From: Macrostomum hystrix
Taxonomy: Eukaryota > Animalia > Platyhelminthes
Reading direction: 5' to 3'
Assembly (NCBI GenBank): GCA_950097015.1
Contig: CATNEN010000025.1
Coordinates: forward strand, 5,084,001 to 5,148,000
DNA: 64,000 bases
The position numbers and the translations under genes were made by a program. The notes below the pieces were generated by a model. It worked only from the letters and a program-made list of their open reading frames with translations, had not been told where the DNA came from and ran no database searches. Shown here one piece after another: positions 34,323-48,600 of this stretch (its first letter is position 1; every line of letters begins with the position of its first letter).

Positions 34323-35224
34323 GTAGGTTAGAATCTGTTCTCTTGTATTCTAATCATAGCTTGACTTTGATCATCATACATATTGACTTGAGCACAGAGG
34401 TGCCTATGCTCACTACACGATGATCTGCACAAAATGTAATGCTATCGAGCTGAAATTTGCGCCTCCTCAAGCTGCCAGATGCAATCATGGCTTGGCGCTG
34501 ATTTACTTGACGTTCACACTTTCAGCCGTAGCTGTTCAGCTGAAGGATGTGCTTCTAGTCTGGCTTTAAGCTGGCTTTTTAGTTGCCGGGGCTGCACGTG
34601 TACTGCTGTTAGGTGAAGGGAAGAATGTTAGCGAGTGCTTAATGGCGGCTATATAGGAGCGATAGAGAACCCAAATTGAGCACTCTGGCATGGCGGCCCG
34701 ACCTTGTCTGTCTTCCACAGGCTACTGAGTGCCTCTCTAAGGATTGCGAAGCACTCGACTGCGGCTAAGGTAGGGGGCGGGTGAGTCGGAAGAGTCGGCT
34801 AAGGTAGGGGGCGGGTGCAGATGAGATCGAGGCGAGGCCCTGACCGCGATTGCTCCCTCTGGGGGTCGGGGTCTCGGCAATGGCCGTCTCGCCGTGGGAT
34901 TGGAGAAAGTCGAATTTCGAGAAGCGAGTCGCGAAGACGCATTGCAGAGTGTTTTGATCTTGGCTACAGTGGGATAACAACTTACCGCAATCGGGGCGGC
35001 CTCTCTACTGGGATTTGGCCCGCTCTACAGGAAATCACTGTCGCTTGGCTGGCGCGCATTGGTACCCTGCATGGTTACTGTGGTTTGAGAATTTGAAATG
35101 TGTGCAATCAGGATAGCCAGATATGGTAAGCATCTAGACACATGAGCAATATGAGAAATTATGAGGATGATGGGATTTGAGTAGGATTAGATTCAGATAA
35201 GAATTTATGTGGATTATTAAATAT

Positions 35225-35815
35225 GATGATGATAGCTCGTATATGATGAGGATGATGAAATGTGATGAGGATGATGATATGTGATGAGGATGGAGAGATG
35301 TGATGAGGATGGAGAGATGTGATGAGGATGGAGAGATGTGATGAGGATGGAGAGATGTGATGAGGATGGAGAGATGTGATGAGGATGGAGAGATGTGATG
35401 AGGATGGAGAGATGTGATGAGCATGGAGAGATGTGATGAGGATGGAGAGATGTGATGAGGATGGAGAGATGTGATGAGGATGGAGAGATGTGATGAGCAT
35501 GGAGAGATGTGATGAGGATGGAGAGATGTGATGAGGATGGAGAGACGTGATGAGGATGGAGAGATGTGATGAGGATGGAGAGATGTGATGAGGATGGAGA
35601 GATGTGATGAGGATGGAGAGATGTGATGAGCATGGAGAGATGTGATGAGGATGGAGAGATGTGATGAGGATGGAGAGACGTGATGAGGATGGAGAGATGT
35701 GATGAGGATGGAGAGATGTGATGAGGATGGAGAGATGTGATGAGCATGGAGAGATGTGATGAGGATGGAGAGATGTGATGAGGATGGAGAGATGTGATGA
35801 GGATGGGATATGATG
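35225..35815. repeat. Minisatellite, 19-bp GTGATGAGGATGGAGAGAT
   Basis: About 28 copies plus degenerate edges. Confidence 0.96.
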
Positions 35816-36481
35816 ACGATCGTGAGGATAATGAGCTGTTAGAAGATGATAGGATATGATGATGAGAGTCGAATGGGTTCTTGCTGAACCCTGCAGTCAG
35901 TACTGCAGCACTCCCAGTTGAAATTGTCAATATGAAGTAATCAAAAGTATTGCTTCATCACAAAGCAGTGTCGCTAGCAAAACTCTATTTTCTCGATCTG
36001 CCCACTGCCTGGGGGTTGTAAATCAAAGATCATTCGTACGAGTAGCTTTTGAATGGTTATAAAAAGCTTGAAGAATATTTTCCAGTCGCTGATAGATTTC
36101 AGTGATTCAACTTTGACTAATTCAAAACTTTGTCGCTCCAATTTCCTAATCAGTGAGTAACATTGCTCAGCCAGAATTTGACACAGAAAATCAATTAAAC
36201 ACACGAAGATCAATCTTGGCTTCTTTGCGTGTTAAAATTCAAATTGAAAAAATAATGTCCAATGATAATTTTTGAATCTATAGGCTAACTCTTTTTTTTC
36301 GCTTCGAGTTTGTTCATTCGCTGTCGAGTGACGGACAGAGATTTGAGCACATCTGTAATTTGGCATCTCACCTTGGCCTGGCAGGGGTCAGTGCCTATTA
36401 TCCCATGCTCTGTAATTTCAAATCCCAGATTCTTGACTTTTGAGCACAGGTGGGGAGTGACTCATCTCGCGACAAAAACTG

Positions 36482-37100
36482 AAATCCTGAGTATACTTGT
36501 TGAATCCTGAGTATACTTATTGAATCCTGAGCATACTTGTTGAATCCTGAGCATACTTACTGAATCCTGAGCATACTTACTGAATCCTGAGCATACTTGT
36601 TGAATCCTGAGCAAAGTTACTGAATCCTGAGCATACTTACTGAATCCTGAGCATACTTACTGAATCCTGAGCATACTTATCGAATCCTGAGCATACTTGT
36701 TGAATCTTGAGCATACTTACTGAATCTTGAGCATACTTACTGAATCCTGAGCATACTTACTGAATCCTGAGCATACTTACTGAATCCTGAGCATACTTAC
36801 TGAATCCTGAGCAAACTTACTGAATCCTGAGCATACTTACTGAATCCTGAGCATACTTATCGAATCCTGAGCATACTTGTTGAATCTTGAGCATACTTAC
36901 TGAATCTTGAGCATACTTACTGAATCCTGAGCATACTTACTGAATCCTGAGCATACTTACTGAATCCTGAGCATACTTACTGAATCCTGAGCAAACTTAC
37001 TGAATCCTGAGCATACTTACTGAATCCTGAGCAAACTTACTGAATCCTGAGCAAACTTACTGAATCCTGAGCATACTTAATAAATCCTGAGCAATTATGG
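36482..37100. repeat. Minisatellite, 20-bp TGAATCCTGAGCATACTTAC
   Basis: About 30 copies, with a 180-bp higher-order duplication. Confidence 0.96.
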
Positions 37101-37667
37101 AATCCTGAGAAGAATTATGGAATGATGAGCATACTCGCTAAAAACTAATTGACTAACATTTTAATCCTCGCAGAAATGAAAAATTCTTCTTAAAAATGTA
37201 ATAAGAAATTTATTCTAGACTGAAATACTCAGTGATGATCCTCGGCTCATTTCTTAAGGCTCAAAGTGAGTGGCTTGAGTTCTTCAACTTGTTGATTGAG
37301 TTGGCTCAGCATCCATCAAGCTCACTCCAATGCGGTGAATTAGATTAGAATGGAATTTCCCCTCGATTGGAACCCACCTAATTAGCTTCCGGTGTAGGGA
37401 AGAAAGAAGCAAGCAAAATATTGGGATGCTCGCACCAGTCACTCATTCCCAAGCAGTTAACCTTCTGTGTGTTCTGTACCGGTGGCAATAACACTCGATT
37501 CGGTTACTCGGGATGGCTGGAATTTGCTGCGAAGGAAGACGGAAGTGAAATTTGAAATCTGAGAGGCTAAAAATGAAAATGCGAGTGACTTTCACAACAT
37601 TGAGCAAGTTAGGATTGTGGGCTTATTAAGGTAAGGATTTGCAGAGACGAATGAATAATCTGTTCAG

Positions 37668-38030
37668 TCAATCAAATCTTGTACAGTCAATCAAATCTTG
37701 TACAGTAAATCAAATCTTGTACAGTAAATCAAATCTTGTACAGTAAATCAAATCTTGTACAGTCAATCAAATCTTGTACAGTCAATCAAATCTTGTACAG
37801 TAAATCAAATCTTGTGCAGTAAATCAAATCTTGTACAGTCAATCAAATCTTGTACAGTCAATCAAATCTTGTACAGTCAATCAAATCTTGTACAGTCAAT
37901 CAAATCTTGTACAGTCAATCAAATCTTGTACAGTCAATCAAATCTTGTACAGTCAATCAAATCTTGTACAGTCAATCAAATCTTGTACAGTAAGTCAAAT
38001 CTTGTACAGTAAATCAAATCTTGTACAGTC
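37668..38030. repeat. Minisatellite, 19-bp TCTTGTACAGTCAATCAAA
   Basis: About 19 copies. Confidence 0.95.
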
Positions 38031-38044
38031 AAAAAATATTGTAC

Positions 38045-38826
38045 AGTCAATCAGACACAATCTGTACAGTGAGCGAGACACAATCTGTACAGTGAGAGAG
38101 ACACAATCTGTTCAGTGAGCGAGACACAGTCTGTTCAGTGAGCGAGACACAGTCTGTACAGTGAGCGAGACACAGTCTGTACAGTGAGCGAGACACAGTC
38201 TGTTCAGTGAGCGAGACACAGTCTGTACAGTGTGCGAGACACAATCTGTTCAGTGAGCGAGACACTGTCTGTTCAGTGAGCGAGACACAGTCTGTTCAGT
38301 GAGCGAGACACAGTCTGTACAGTGAGCGAGACACAGTCTGTACAGTGAGCGAGACACAATCTGTACAGTGAGCGAGACACAATCTGTACAGTGAGCGAGA
38401 CACAATCTGTACAGTGAGAGAGACACAATCTGTACAGTGAGCGAGACACAATCTGTACAGTGAGCGAGACACAATCTGTACAGTGAGAGAGACAGTCTGT
38501 ACAGTGAGCGAGACACAGTCTGTACAGTGAGCGAGACACAGTCTGTACAGTGAGCGAGACACAGTCTGTACAGTGAGCGAGACACAGTCTGTACAGTGAG
38601 CGAGACACAGTCTGTACAGTGAGCGAGACACAGTCTGTACAGTGAGCGAGACACAGTCTGTACAGTGAGCGAGACACAGTCTGTACAGTGAGCGAGACAC
38701 AGTCTGTACAGTGAGCGAGACACAGTCTGTACAGTGAGCGAGACACAGTCTGTACAGTGAGCGAGACACAGTCTGTACAGTGAGCGAGACACAATCTGTA
38801 CAGTGAGCGAGACACAGTCTGTACAG
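38045..38826. repeat. Minisatellite, 23-bp TGTACAGTGAGCGAGACACAGTC
   Basis: About 33 copies directly abutting the 19-bp array. Confidence 0.96.
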
Positions 38827-39361
38827 CCAGAAAGACAATTTGCACAATTATAATCCATAGCCTTGCAATTTCGTTTAAATTTTCACGAAATCTATCTTCC
38901 TAGAGCTAAAGACAATACCCGACTTAGCAGTTGAAATCCATTATTCCTAATGCAAATCGGCTATTCAATGTCCATTAAGGCGGCCCTGAAGGCTGCTACT
39001 TAGGCATGATTGCGTCACAGCTCGGTGAAGACAACTCATATTCGATCCGAGATCGTTATCTGCTTGCTTTGGGGGCTCAAATTTTTTTAACAATTCGGGA
39101 AAAATTCTCACCTTAAAGCTGGATACTCGACAGATACATTTCCCTGAGGTAGGGAGTTACCTGTGGATGAGGTGACTGCCTTATGCTCGGCGGAATTCTG
39201 AGTGTAACATTTCGCTTTGCCGCATGACTAAGCCTCACTTGCATCCGCGCTTCGAATTCCACAATTTATCACCTGCGCTGTCTGACCTCCGACCCGTGAC
39301 CCAACCAGCTCTGCCAAGCCATCAGTGTTGCTCGGGTGCCAAGTTTGACTAATTGGACTAC

Positions 39362-39705
39362 TTCATGATTGAGTTCATGAGTGAGTTCATGAGTGAGTTC
39401 ATGAGAGTTTATCATGAGTTTACCATGAGTTTATCATGAGTTTATGAGTGAGTTTATCATGAGTTTATCATGAGTTCATGAGTGAGTTCATTTCATGAGT
39501 GAGTTCATGAGTGAGTTCATGAATGAGTTCATGAGTGAGTTAATGAGTGAGTTCATGAGTGAGTTAATGAGTGAGTTCATGAGTGAGTTAATGAGTGAGT
39601 TCATGAATGGTTTATCATGAGTTTACCATGAGTTTATCATGAGTTTATCATGAGTTTATCATGAGTTTATCATGAGTTTATGAGTGAGTTCATGACTGAG
39701 TTTGA
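39362..39705. repeat. Minisatellite, 11/12-bp GAGTTCATGAGT / GAGTTTATCAT
   Basis: Mixed tandem units. Confidence 0.9.
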
Positions 39706-40214
39706 GTGAATTTAAAAGTGGGATAATGGTTGATTCCATAAATTGTTTTATAATGAAACTTATGATTGATCTCATATGTTAGTCAGCGATTAAATAAAAT
39801 ATTAATTAAACAACGATGAGTGCGATTTTGTATTAGAAAATAATTACTACTAGATATCAGGTTGAAATGTAACTGCGAGTTATTCAAATCGGACTTTGTG
39901 ACTGTAGAACCCCTTACGAGAATCAGAGACTGAGTGTGATCCCATTTCATAGGTTATAAGATCCTTGAATAAATCGCGATGATCTCTGATTAAATTCTCT
40001 AATTTGGTGTACTGTGTTAGCCTCGGTATCATTATCGACTCAAAGGTGTCAAATAACTTAGACATGTGTGGGCGTGCGTCTGCGGGTTCAAAGTTCATCC
40101 AACATGATCATTCGTGTCAGTGTCTGTTCACAGGAGCTCACAACGACAGAGAGTATACTCGTAGAATGGATAAGTCTGGATGAGACTGAAGCAAGCTAGG
40201 TAATTCGTGGGAAT

Positions 40215-40712
40215 TAGGATTTCTGTGAATTGGGATTTCTGTGAATTGGGATATCTGTGAATTGGGATTTCTGTGAATTGGGATTTATGTGAATCGGGAT
40301 TTCTGTGAATTTCGGTGAATTGGGATCTCTGTGAATTCGAATTTATGTGAATCGGGATTTCTGTGAATTTGGATTTTTGTGAATTTGGATTTCTGTGAAT
40401 TGGGATTTCTGTGAATTGAGATTTATATGAATCGGGATTTCTGTGAATTTGGATTTCGGTGAATTGGGATTTCTGTGAATTGGAATTTCTGTGAATTAGA
40501 ATTTCTTGTGAATCGGGATTTCTGTGAATTGGGATTTCCGTGAATTGGGATTTCTGTGAATTGGGATTTCTGTGAGTTGGGATTTCTGTGAGTTGATATT
40601 TCTGTGAATTTGGATTTTAGTGAATTTTGATTTTAGTAAGTTTGGATTTTAGTGAGTTGGGATTTCTGTGAATTGGGATTTTAGTGAACTGGGGTTTCAG
40701 TGAATTCACAGT
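40215..40712. repeat. Minisatellite, 16-bp TGGGATTTCTGTGAAT
   Basis: About 30 diverged copies. Confidence 0.92.
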
Positions 40713-41529
40713 TTTCACTCATGGATTTCTTCGAATGGGGATTTTTATATATTTAGAGATTTCCGTTGATAGAAAGTTCTTTGAGTAAGGATTCATTTGA
40801 ATCCTGGTTTCTTTTATGAGGTTTTCTTCGAGTAGGGATTTCCATGGATTGGGATTTTTTCTAGTTTGGATTTCAACGATAGGAATCGGATGAGAAATGG
40901 GCTTAGCGAAGCAATATATGGAAGAAGCCTCCTTAACAAAGAGGTTTTGATTTTGATTTGAGTCATCATTGTCAGAAATTAAGCAAACTAACAAAGACCA
41001 AATTGGGAATAGAGAAGTGGCACTGGGATTTACATCGCCGCCAGCCAGTGCCGATCGATCAGCTAATATTTTTTGTCACAACTTTTTTGCCGCAGTCACT
41101 AAAATTATTTGGCTACAAAAAAAAACAGTTGACTAGCTTTTCTGTCGGCATGCACAGTTTCACATCAAGCGACCTTCCATGCCACGGACCTTTGATCAAC
41201 AAGTGGCCAGGCAGGATGAGAACGCCAGGCTTGCTGGAAAACAACTCGATGAAGGGGCCAGCGGTAAGAAATGAAGTATAGGAGGAGAAATTCAGGATGG
41301 AACAGGCTGCTGGCACCTGCCGCTCTCACACCGTCTCAAATTGCACAGCACTTCGGCCAATGGATTCAAACAGCAGCCTCTGAACAGGTCTCAGCGGCCC
41401 TGGACAGCTGACTCCGCTCAGCATGCTCAACCTAGCTTCTATCCCAACAGTTCAATCTGATTTCATAAGCCTTGACACTTTCCTACTCTGTCTTCACTTC
41501 TGTTCTCATTCACTTGCTTCTTGGTCGCA

Positions 41530-42275
41530 TCCAATCCTCTCCTGATCCCATCCTCTCCTGATCCCATCCTCCCCTGATCCCATCCTCTCCTCTACTGATC
41601 CCATCCATTCCTCTCATGATCCCATCCACTCTTGATCCCATCCACTCCTGATCCCATCCATTCCTCTCCTGATCCCATCCACTCCTGATCCCATCCATTC
41701 CTGTTCTGATCCCATCCTCTCCTCTACTGATCCCATCCATTCCTCTCATGATCCCATCCACTCTTGATCCCATGCACTCCTGATCCCATCCATTCCTCTC
41801 CTGATCCCATCCACTCCTGATCCCATCCACTCCTGATCCCATCCTCCCCTGATCCCATCCTCTCCTCTACTGATCCCATCCATTCCTCTCATGATCCCAT
41901 CCACTCTTGATCCCATCCACTCCTGATCCCATCCATTCCTCTCCTGATCCCATCCACTCCTGATCCCATCCATTCCTGTTCTGATCCCATCCTCTCCTCT
42001 ACTGATCCCATCCATTCCTCTCATGATCCCATCCACTCTTGATCCCATGCACTCCTGATCCCATCCATTCCTCTCCTGATCCCATCCACTCCTGATCCCA
42101 TCCATTCCTCTCCTGATCCCATCCACTCCTGATCCCATCCACTCCTCTCATGATCCCATCTATTCCCCTTCTGATCCCATCCATTCCCCTTCTGATCTCA
42201 TTCATTCCACTCCTGATCCCATTCATTCCCTCCTGATCCCATCCTCTCCTGATTCCATCGTCTCCTGATCCCACC
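41530..42275. repeat. Pyrimidine-rich minisatellite, core TCCTGATCCCATCC, with a 275-bp higher-order repeat
   Basis: Variable units of about 16-21 bp. The marker TCTACTGATCCC recurs at 41591, 41723, 41866 and 41998. Confidence 0.92.
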
Positions 42276-42618
42276 CACTCTTCCTATGTAAAATGGTTGT
42301 GCCAGTCGAGGCGCAAGACGCTATCGCGAGGCGCAAAGCGATAGCGAGAGGGAGAGAAAAAACAAGAGAGGCAGAGTGTTGGCCAAGAGCAATGGCCAAC
42401 CGCTTGTTCATTGGCTGGCAGCAGCAACCAATCAGAAGTTGCTGCAAGCTTTTCCGAGTAGAAGCAAGATAAAAATTGATCGACGTAGAAAATTGCTATG
42501 GAGAGCTTTACAAAAAGTTAGTTGTTCAGAAACCCCGAATTCCACTGAGAAGGGACTGGGACGGAAATGAAAACGGTTATTGGTTGAAGCTCGTCTCCTT
42601 TTAGCGATCCCTTCGGAA

Positions 42619-45600
42619 ATGCTTTCACAGCAACGAACGAATTTCGTCTCTACTCCCAGTTTTGACTTGCAATTGCTGCTGCTGCTGCTGCTACTACCGG
42701 CGCTGCCCGCCACAGTCCAGACCGACAGCAGCGGCATCATCATCAACCTGGGTGACAATGTGAACTATAACACACAGGTGGGCCAGCTGAACAAGCTGGA
42801 TCCTCGCCTGCCACCGCCGCCCTATCAGTCTGTCCGGCTGGAGCCGTCAGCAGCCGGCCTTGACGGCTGGTTCTCCGTTGACAGACAGGGCGCCGTCTTC
42901 GCTGGACGGGACGTCGATCGGGACGATCTGTGCAGCCAGCTGAACTGTTGCCTGGCGCCGGAATGCCTGCTGGACTATCGCCTGGAGCTGCTAGCGGCGC
43001 CTGGCGGGCTAGAGATTCGGCGGCAACTGCGAATTCGGCTGATGGACGAGAACGACCTGGCTCCGGTGTTCCCCAGCGTACAGCCGGTGGACGTGCCCGA
43101 GAATGCGAACGTGACGCTCCTGCTTCCTGCGGCAACAGATCGCGACTCACCGAGCTTCGGCGTCGCCAACTACAGTCTCGATGACGCTACCGGCACCTTC
43201 GCCATTGAAGTACTGGCTGGACAGCCCAGGTTGCTTCTGTCGAAACATCTAGACCGGGAGCAGGTGCCGCAGTACCAGATCACCCTGCGCGCCACCGACG
43301 GCGTGCACACTGGAACCGCAGTCATCACCGTCCGCGTCGGGGACATCAACGACAACGCGCCGGTGTTTGATAGGCCGGCAGAGACACTGACGATACCGGA
43401 GAGCTGGCCGGTTAGTGACCGGCTGACGACACTGCCGGTTAGCGACCGTGATGACGGCGCCAACGCTGAGCTCAGCCTAGTCGTCGTCGCAGTCACCCCG
43501 CCAACTCTCAAAGGCTACTTTGAGGTTCGGAAAGCGAAAACTGTCTGGGGCCTGTACTTGCGGCGTCAGCTTGATTTTGAACGCCCTGAGCAGCGGCAGG
43601 CGGTGGTGACGGTGGAGGCGCGCGATGCTGGGACACCACAGCTGTCGGCCAGCGCCACCGTCAACGTCAGCATCACCGACGTGAACGACAACTCGCCGAC
43701 TATTGAGCAGCTGGCCATCTATGCGTTGTACGAGCACAGCAAAGAGGGTGGCCTTATTATGTCACTTCAGGTAAGAGCTAAGCTTAAAGGGGTATAGTCA
43801 AGCTGGAGAAACACACAGTCAGCCATCAATTTTAACACAGGTAACGGACGTTGATACTGTGTCACGTGGCAAGGTGACCTGCAAGCTGCACTCAAATCCG
43901 ATGTTTGACCTGCGCAAAGCCAGTGATAGCTCCGAGTCCCTGACCGTCGAGCGTGCCGCCTACAATCTGTACAGCGCTACGCGCTTCGATTTCGAGGTGT
44001 TGCAGAACGTGTCCGTGGAGATCAACTGTCTGGATTCGGCGCAGCCGGAGCAGACAGCCACGCGCCGATTTGTGGTGCCAATCACAGAGACCAACGACTT
44101 CCCGCCGGTCTTTCAACTGCGCAGTTACTTCGCGCAAGTGTCAGAGAGCCTGGCCCCCGGCGGCTCCGTGCTCCATGTCCAGGCCGTGGATAGGGACAAG
44201 GGTAACAGCGGCCTGATTGCCTATTCGCTTGACTCGACAGGCCAGCGGCACTTCCGCATCGGTCATCGATCTGGCATTGTGGAACTGCTTCCCAACGCCA
44301 GACTCGATCGGGAGCTCCAGTCAAGCCTGCACTTTGAGGTGATCGCCGTCGATGCCGGCCAGCCGTCGTTCAACACCTCAGCACCAGTGGTAGTGAAGCT
44401 GTTGGATGAAAATGACAACGCACCCGCCTACACTGGGCCGCCTGTCATGAGCATCTCCGAGGCCAGCCAGCCCGGAACTGAGGTCGGTCGCGTTGCTTTT
44501 TTCGATCCTGACGACGGTGACAATGGTACGGTTCGGTATTCCCTGGTCCGGGGCCACTATGTGCACAACGAATATCTCTTGCTGAACGAGTCGACCGGAG
44601 CTCTAGTACTGAGAACACGGCTGGATCGTGAGCAGCAGCCGAGACTACTGGTGCTGCTACAGGCCAGGGACCTTGGCAGGCCGCCGCGCTCCGTCACGGC
44701 AAGTTTGCAAATTGAAGTTCTCGATATCAACGACAATTCGCCATCGTTCACTGTGCCACGGACCGGTCAGGTGATTGGTGGTGGTGGCAGCGGCGGCGTC
44801 GGCAGTAGCACCGGGAGCTTTGGAGATGACAACGCGGTGCCGCGTCTTCTATACACAAACCTGCCCGAGCGATCTCTAGTGCTTGCAGCGACTGCGGCCG
44901 ACCCGGACGCCGGTGAAAATGGAGCCGTGACCTACAGCCTGCGCACCGGCACCAACGGCAGCGGACTTTTTGGCGTGGACGAAGCCAAGGGTGAGGTGCA
45001 CACTCTGTGGGTGCCGGACGGTCCGATGGGTGCACCGGAGCCTGGCATCTACGGACTCACACTTGTGGCCTCGGACAATGGTTCGCCTCACCGTCTGTCC
45101 AGCAGTGTCGCCTTCTTCGTTCGTCTGACTGCTCCACCCGGCTCGATGCATCGCTTCGGAGCGGCTGGCGCCGGAGGCATCGCCATCCTGATCGTCATCA
45201 TCGCTGCCACAGTGCTAATCGCGGCCGGCCTCGTGGCGGCCATCTTTTATGTGCGCGCCAAGTCCGCCGACGTCGCTTCGTCTAACGGCGGCGGCGATGG
45301 ACGTTCCGCTACCGGGGATCGATTGGCCCGCTCGAAGTCGCACGAAGGCGGCATTGTCGAGGGAGATATCGAACATGACGATTGTGATGCAGATGCCGAT
45401 GCTGACACGATTGGCGCTGTGGGAAATTTCGCCCTGGCCGGCTGGTCTCTCGGTCGTCCATCAGGATCGCCAGCTGCGGTAGGTGGTCTCTAAGCCTGAG
45501 TTCTTATGATAAACTTAGCTATGCTGAACGCAATTTGATCGCATTTTGGCTTCTAACTGAGTTGCTAAGTACAAAACTCAATTTCGAGCCTTCGGTATTG

Positions 45601-48600
45601 CCCAAAATACTCTGCGGTAAAATCTCCGAGAGGATCTGTTCATTCGTCCTGAGTAGGATGTTTGATAAAAACTGCTGAGCGTTTCTCGTCGAAGAATATT
45701 CTAGAATAGTACATTTCCTGTAATATACTACTAGATACTGCGGTAGAATTTTATAGGACAGTCTACTTACTGTGGTACAATGTTCTAGATCTGTACATTT
45801 CATGTGGTACAATGTTCTAGATCTGTACATTTCATGTGGTAGAATGTTCTAGATCTGTACATTTCATGTGGTAGAATGTTCTAGATCTGTACATTTCATG
45901 TGGTAGAATGTTCTAGATCTGTACATTTCATGTGGTAGAATGTTCTAGATCAGTACATTTTATGTGGTAGAATGTTCTAGATCAGTACGTTTCATGTGGT
46001 AGAATGTTCTAGATCTGTACATTTCATGTGGTAGAATGTTCTAGATCAGTACGTTTCATGTGGTAGAATGTTCTAGATCAGTACATTTTCTGTGGTAGAA
46101 TGTTCTAGATCAGTACCGTGGTAGAATGTTCTAGATCAGTACTGTGGTAGAATGTTCTAGATCAGTACCGTGGTAGAATGTTCTAGATCAGTACCGTGGT
46201 AGAATGTTCTAGATCAGTACTGTGGTAGAATGTTCTAGATCAGTACATTTTCTGTGGTAGAATGTTCTAGATCAGTACATTTTCTGTGGAAGAATGTTCT
46301 AGAAAAGTACGTTTCATGTTTTAGAATGTCCGAGACGGACAATAAAATGACCAATACTGTCCAAGTAGCTGTTTCTTTGACTCTGCATTTTATCTTGTCC
46401 TGGTACTTTTGCTGCCGAGCACAGACACTCCTTATTGTGCTCTTCTCCTAAATCCGTTGTATCAAAAAGTGCTCATAATTTCGACCAGGGGGTCATTTGC
46501 CGCTAGCCCTGAATTCACATTTCTATATGCATTTGCCTCATAGATCATGTTTCTCGATGCTTTAGGGCAGTCTCAGGGAATGCCTCGAATTTTCTGCCCT
46601 CTTTTTCTCCCGGCTCTCTCCTCCATTTTATTTTGTTAGTCCTTCTTCACGTTTCAGAAATGCAAGAACTAGCATCCTTTCACCTTTGTAATCTAATTAT
46701 GTTTGAAGATTTTCTCTCTGCTCTGGTGAGTGCTGGTGAGTGCCTGTGGCTTCAAAACTGACCTAAACAGCTCCAGGACTAAAATGATAACTACTCGGTT
46801 TAAGCTCAAAACAGTAAGTCGGAATTCCTCCTTGAGAATATCCCATCGCAGACAGGCATTAGCAACAAGACGCAAGGCTAGCAGAGCAATGTCAAGAGAA
46901 CCATTGCCAATAGGTACCGAAAAGTAAAAGCTATTAGAAGCGAAAGAATAGGACAGTAGAAAGCGACTGAGAAACAGGCAGGGATTGAAATCTGAGACCA
47001 GTTGGTGAGTGCGGAGGGAAGTCGGATGGAATGGAACTCATTCGCTTCGAGGCAGATCACAGTCAGGTGGGATGGTTGCTGGAGGAATGGTGAAAGGCCA
47101 TTAGCAATGGCTGCCCACTTCCCGCATGCTATATCACCTCGGCCTCCTATTGTCTTCATTTCTCACTTTCCCACATATTGCATTTCTCAATACGCGCGAG
47201 AGCCGAAAATGTAGCAGTTTAGCGTCTCTGCCTCCCTGGTAGCTTTCTCAACCCCCGGCTATTATTGCCGAGAAAAATTCCCACCAGCCACTGATACCTG
47301 CCTATACACCGACTGCGAGCAAGGGAAGGATAGAAAATCTTTGTATCTAATAATGTGTCCAATAGTAACTAGCTTGACAGCTGTGTATGATAGCAGTGCG
47401 TGTGCACAGTTGCATGCTGTAGGCATCTGCGTGTCACACTGCCCGATGGATTCTGCTGAAACTTCCAACTTTGGAGGATAACGAAAGCCCATGCGAGTGA
47501 ATTGATTCCTGGCCGTTGCCCTGTCTTTCTTTCGATTTCTTCCACATCAGTAGCTCGTATATTGCTTTTCTCTTTCTAACTTACTGTTTGTGTGTCCTCA
47601 GTCGCTAGCTTTTACGATTCAATGCTTTATTCATTGGCACTCGAATTCTGAAGAAAACTGGCCTCCTGTGACGCAATATCAAGCTAGATGAACAAAAGGG
47701 CGCCTCATCTCAGCTTCTCAATCGAGTTGTCCAACAAACTGGTTCAAAAATCGCTTCTTGAGCTCAGGTTGAGACAGGAGGGTGCCTAAACAAGAGCCAG
47801 TTGTTGCATAACATCATCTGGCAGGTGCCACGAAGTGGCTGGGAGCAGCGTGCGGGGCCGACAAGCGCTGCTCACGCTTGATCGGTGCTGGCGATTAAAA
47901 GGATATTTTTAGTTTGTAACAAAACAGACGCAGATCCTAGTTGTTATCGATCAGTCCGATCGTGCATGGGGGCCATGTTTCACAACATCGTTCTCCCCCC
48001 AATCAAGCGACGCCTCATTGGCGACTCGGGTGGATGATGAGGCTGGAGTCGAACGAGTCAAAGTCTCCGCTGACCCGGCCGTGGGCGCCGAGGACCAGCC
48101 ACCCAGTCGAGCGTGAAGGTGTCGTCAGCAGGCCGCAGCTGTGCGGGCGGGGGAAACAGCCGCCTTCGTCTGTGTAGATTTCGCTTCACTAGTCGGGCCG
48201 TGTGCGAGTCCGCGTAGATGATTGATGCTTCTTTTTTCTGGCCAGCTTTCTTTCTTTGGTCTGCTCAGAAGCCTCTGTGTCGATCTACATGCGGAGCGCC
48301 TCACAAAGAGCAGAAAATGAGGCGCCCATTGTTGCACTGACACTGGCTCTAGATCCTTCTCTCTCTACCCCCCTTCCTTCGCCTCAATCCCCTTGTCCAC
48401 AATGCCGCAACGGAAGTGGGTCCGGGGAGGTTGGGAAGAGCCCTGCCAGAGGGAGACTTTTTTGACGCGCCTGAGAAGCAAAATCGAATTGGCTGAAAGA
48501 TGACGAGACCGGGAAGTAAAGAGACTTCATTACACCAGCCCCCACCCCCGCTGGATATGTAGCACAGAGGGCGCGGGTCTGCACAGGCCGCTACAACTGA

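Noticed and set aside
34765-34820. 19-bp direct repeat CTAAGGTAGGGGGCGGGTG containing GC boxes
   Set aside because: No supported downstream gene or TSS, so it cannot be called a promoter.
39880-41316. Short ORFs of 70-107 aa between arrays (39880-40098, 40719-40994, 40958-41281)
   Set aside because: No recognisable domain, AT-rich, and no consistent splice chain.
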